Below, piece by piece: positions 61,401-64,000 of a DNA stretch of 64,000 nt. Positions within the stretch are counted from its first letter, which is position 1. Every line of letters begins with the position of its first letter. The position numbers were made by a program, and so were the translations under genes. Under the pieces are notes generated by a model. That model ran no database searches. It saw nothing but the letters and a program-made list of their open reading frames with translations, and had not been told where the DNA came from. This DNA comes from Phallusia mammillata (taxonomy: Eukaryota): positions 9,238,001-9,302,000 of the forward strand of contig OZ281494.1 in the NCBI GenBank assembly GCA_965637545.1. Direction: 5' to 3'.

Positions 61401-63555
61401 GTGCACAAATAGAAGAGGACCCACATTATCACATTGTAGAGTACCAGATCCGATCTAATGCTTCCTACTTCATTGATGCTTGTGGTAAGGTTTAACACTT
61501 CACTCCTGTATAATGCAATCGGAATAAGTTGTTACAAATTACGTACTTGCCTGTTTGACATGCAAAAATAGTCAAAACCCATCCGGATAAGTCAAGATAT
61601 GTTTGAGACCAATTTAACTTTGCGCACCGTTATACATTATTATCGACCTTACAGAGAGACATGTCAAATCAATTGTTTTTACTGTCGTAGGTGTGTTTTA
61701 TTTTCTACATCAACTCTAATCGGTCTACTCTAAATAACAACATTAAATCATTTCGTTTGTTTTTAAATGTAATCGGGCGTTTGCTATTTATAGTCTTTTT
61801 ATTCTTACTTCCAATATTCAGTGGCTGCAGATATAGTTTTATTTTTCTGCCCATGAGTGTGATTTAAACTTGAGTTTAGTTGCATTTCACCAATCGTTGT
61901 GCACGCAGCTGTGTTCCAGGGATTGTCGCATGAAGCCCAGGGGAGCTTTGCAGAAAAACTTTTGACGAAAAATTTGGTTGACCACACCAAGACGATAGGA
62001 TAAATGAGCTTCATCAACAACTGAATCACCAATTGAGCGAAGGCAACACCTGCAATGCACACACATTCTAAAAATGAAGCTAAAGCTATTCTTGGAGCGA
62101 GCGACACTTTTTCAAGTATGTTACCAGTGGTGGGATTCAAATTTTTTGTCGGGTTCTATCACAAAAGTCATATTTTTCAGCCGGTTCTGTTTACAAAAAG
62201 TCCATTGACAGTAACCAGTAATGCTAACCGGTTCGCTGATAGAACCAGTGCGAGCCAGCTGAATCCCACCACCGTATGTTACTGTATAGGGTAACCACCA
62301 AAGCAGTTCGTAATATCCATAGCGTACCATGTCGCCTAAAGCGCCGAATCCATAACATGGAATATAATACAACAGCATAAAGCCCCGGGATTACCCAGAA
62401 TTCGACAGTTTCAAGCGCCTAAAAGTAGACGGATCGGGTGGTATAAAACAAACCAAAAGCACACAAATCAGTATAGCGGTCTCGTCATCACAAAAATAAT
62501 GGATCCTATAGTACTTTAAGAGAAAATATTATCTATTATTTTGGAATTGGTAATAGCGACTTTTTTCCGACACAAGTGATACTACTTCAATAAAGGAAGC
62601 ATAACTTATTACCGGCTTCCCTTTCTTTGAGTGGATCACACTTTGATGAAACGCGGTAATTGACACTCATTAAACAATATGGACAACAACACCCTTTGGA
62701 ATTTTAGAAAACCCAAAATATTTTTACTAGAGCGTTTGTACAGTAAAGTTCGCTTAAACCAAGCTGCAACTACAATGCTCAATGTCAGCGAAAAAAGTTT
62801 TTGCATGTAGTAGCAACTTCGTTACGTGAAAATTAAGCAAAAATTACTAAATTACAAGTCGCACAGTAAACTGCTTCTGTTGTTTGGTTGAAGCTCAACG
62901 GGTCATCTGTTAAGAATTTTATATTTGATAGTGGCATCCCGAGTCCGAATCAATTTTTGTCTCATGGCTTGACGAGTCAAGTCAAGTCTTTTCATTGCTG
63001 AGACTCAAGTCAAGTCAAGTCAAGTATTTAAAAAAGGTGACTTTAGTCGGACACGAGTCGAGTTACTAAATCAAATCTCCCAATCACTGCATACACGTAA
63101 CAATTAATGCCATGGATTCCTCTTACTTACGTCGTGTTTTGCACCGTATTCGCTTGAGCATCAATCTCGGATATAGCTACAAGTTTTTGTCATAATTACC
63201 TTTGAAAATAGGGACTTCTGACCAGCTTTTAACCAGTCCCCTCCGCAACTTCTGGCCCAGAGAAATTTCGAGGACGATTAGAGGAACAGCAATCACTGCA
63301 CCGAATACCAGGTATGCGACAAGAAATGCACCTATGAAAGCATTTCAATGCTAGTACAAGCTCTCTGCATGATAACTGTTATTTTGTCTTACCTCCTCCA
63401 TATTTGAAACACATGTACGGAAATCTCCAAACGTTTCCTAACCCAATAGCGTATCCCAACGCAGCAAATATAAAGTCCCACGATTTCTTCCATTCTGGTC
63501 GCGGCTTCTTTTGGTCAATAGATCGTTGTTTATTACATTTATCCGATGAATACAT
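58423..63555 (-). CDS. SLC6 transporter copy 4 (intact; no coding difference from copy 2 seen)
   Basis: Copy 2 shifted by +12726; ATG checked at 63553-63555. Confidence 0.9.
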
Positions 63556-64000
63556 GATAAAATTTATACGCCTCTCACGCGTAAAGTCTAAAACCAATTG
63601 ACTGATCCGCCTATAGTACAATTCATTTTAACTTTGCTTGAGCTTGACAGTTCCTTCTTGTCCAAACTCGTAACGTTAGTCTTTAAGCTTTTATTCACTG
63701 CTATCAATTACATTATTGTTTTTTGCGGTTTCAAGGTATTGGCATCGAACCTCCGGTAACTTTTTGCATATACCTGAGCCTGTATTAAACCCAAGTTAAA
63801 AAGCAGGTCTTCAGAAGCAACAAGGTTATACAACTGCTTATGAGATGTTTTGAACACTGTTGAGTATCTACCACAGCCCTCTCAAATTATTCAAGTGATC
63901 AAGACATTTTTGTAATACCCATTTTTTTATACGCCAGTGGTTCTCAAACTTTTTCTGTTGCGACGCCTCTGGAAAAGTTTTCTGGTCTTGCGACGCACCA

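Larger units (their letters stand above)
41637..64000. repeat. Tandem segmental repeat, period 6363 bp, about 3.5 units, continuing beyond the window
   Basis: The ORF track and the sequence recur at exact +6363 offsets (for example 44290/50653/57016/63379). I spotted only two differences among units, at 53705 and 53818. Confidence 0.97.

Noticed and set aside
1-64000. CRISPR arrays, rRNA, tRNA, prokaryotic operons or defence systems
   Set aside because: The sequence is intron-containing eukaryotic DNA. I saw no regularly spaced short repeats, cloverleaf or rRNA motifs.

Overview
Eukaryotic genomic DNA: AT-rich, GT-AG introns as short as about 60 nt, many hAT MITEs. The style suggests an invertebrate chordate such as an ascidian, but this is inference only. 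I could splice three gene models by hand. (1) Lamin B receptor (LBR), 12 coding exons, minus strand, 3169-8283, 624 aa. It has a Tudor domain, an RS/SPGR region and an ERG4/ERG24 sterol-reductase domain with several non-canonical active-site residues. (2) Head-to-head with LBR, an IkappaB-zeta (NFKBIZ)-like ankyrin gene, 12 coding exons, plus strand, 10225-16590, 738 aa. It carries an N-terminal DSG degron, a micro-exon encoding an OCA-like (POU co-activator) peptide and a Roquin-type CDE hairpin in its probable 3' UTR. (3) A minus-strand tandem cluster of a divergent SLC6 Na+/Cl- transporter of the GABA/taurine/creatine subfamily type: one pseudogene (30664-35451), one chimeric intact copy and three nearly identical intact copies. 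These lie in an exact 6363-bp repeat that runs off the right end of the window. The 17.6-30.6 kb interval has no gene I can support. It holds MITEs and one of two minimal hammerhead-ribozyme-like repeats. I saw no rRNA, tRNA or CRISPR. Comparisons with human proteins are from memory and need database confirmation.
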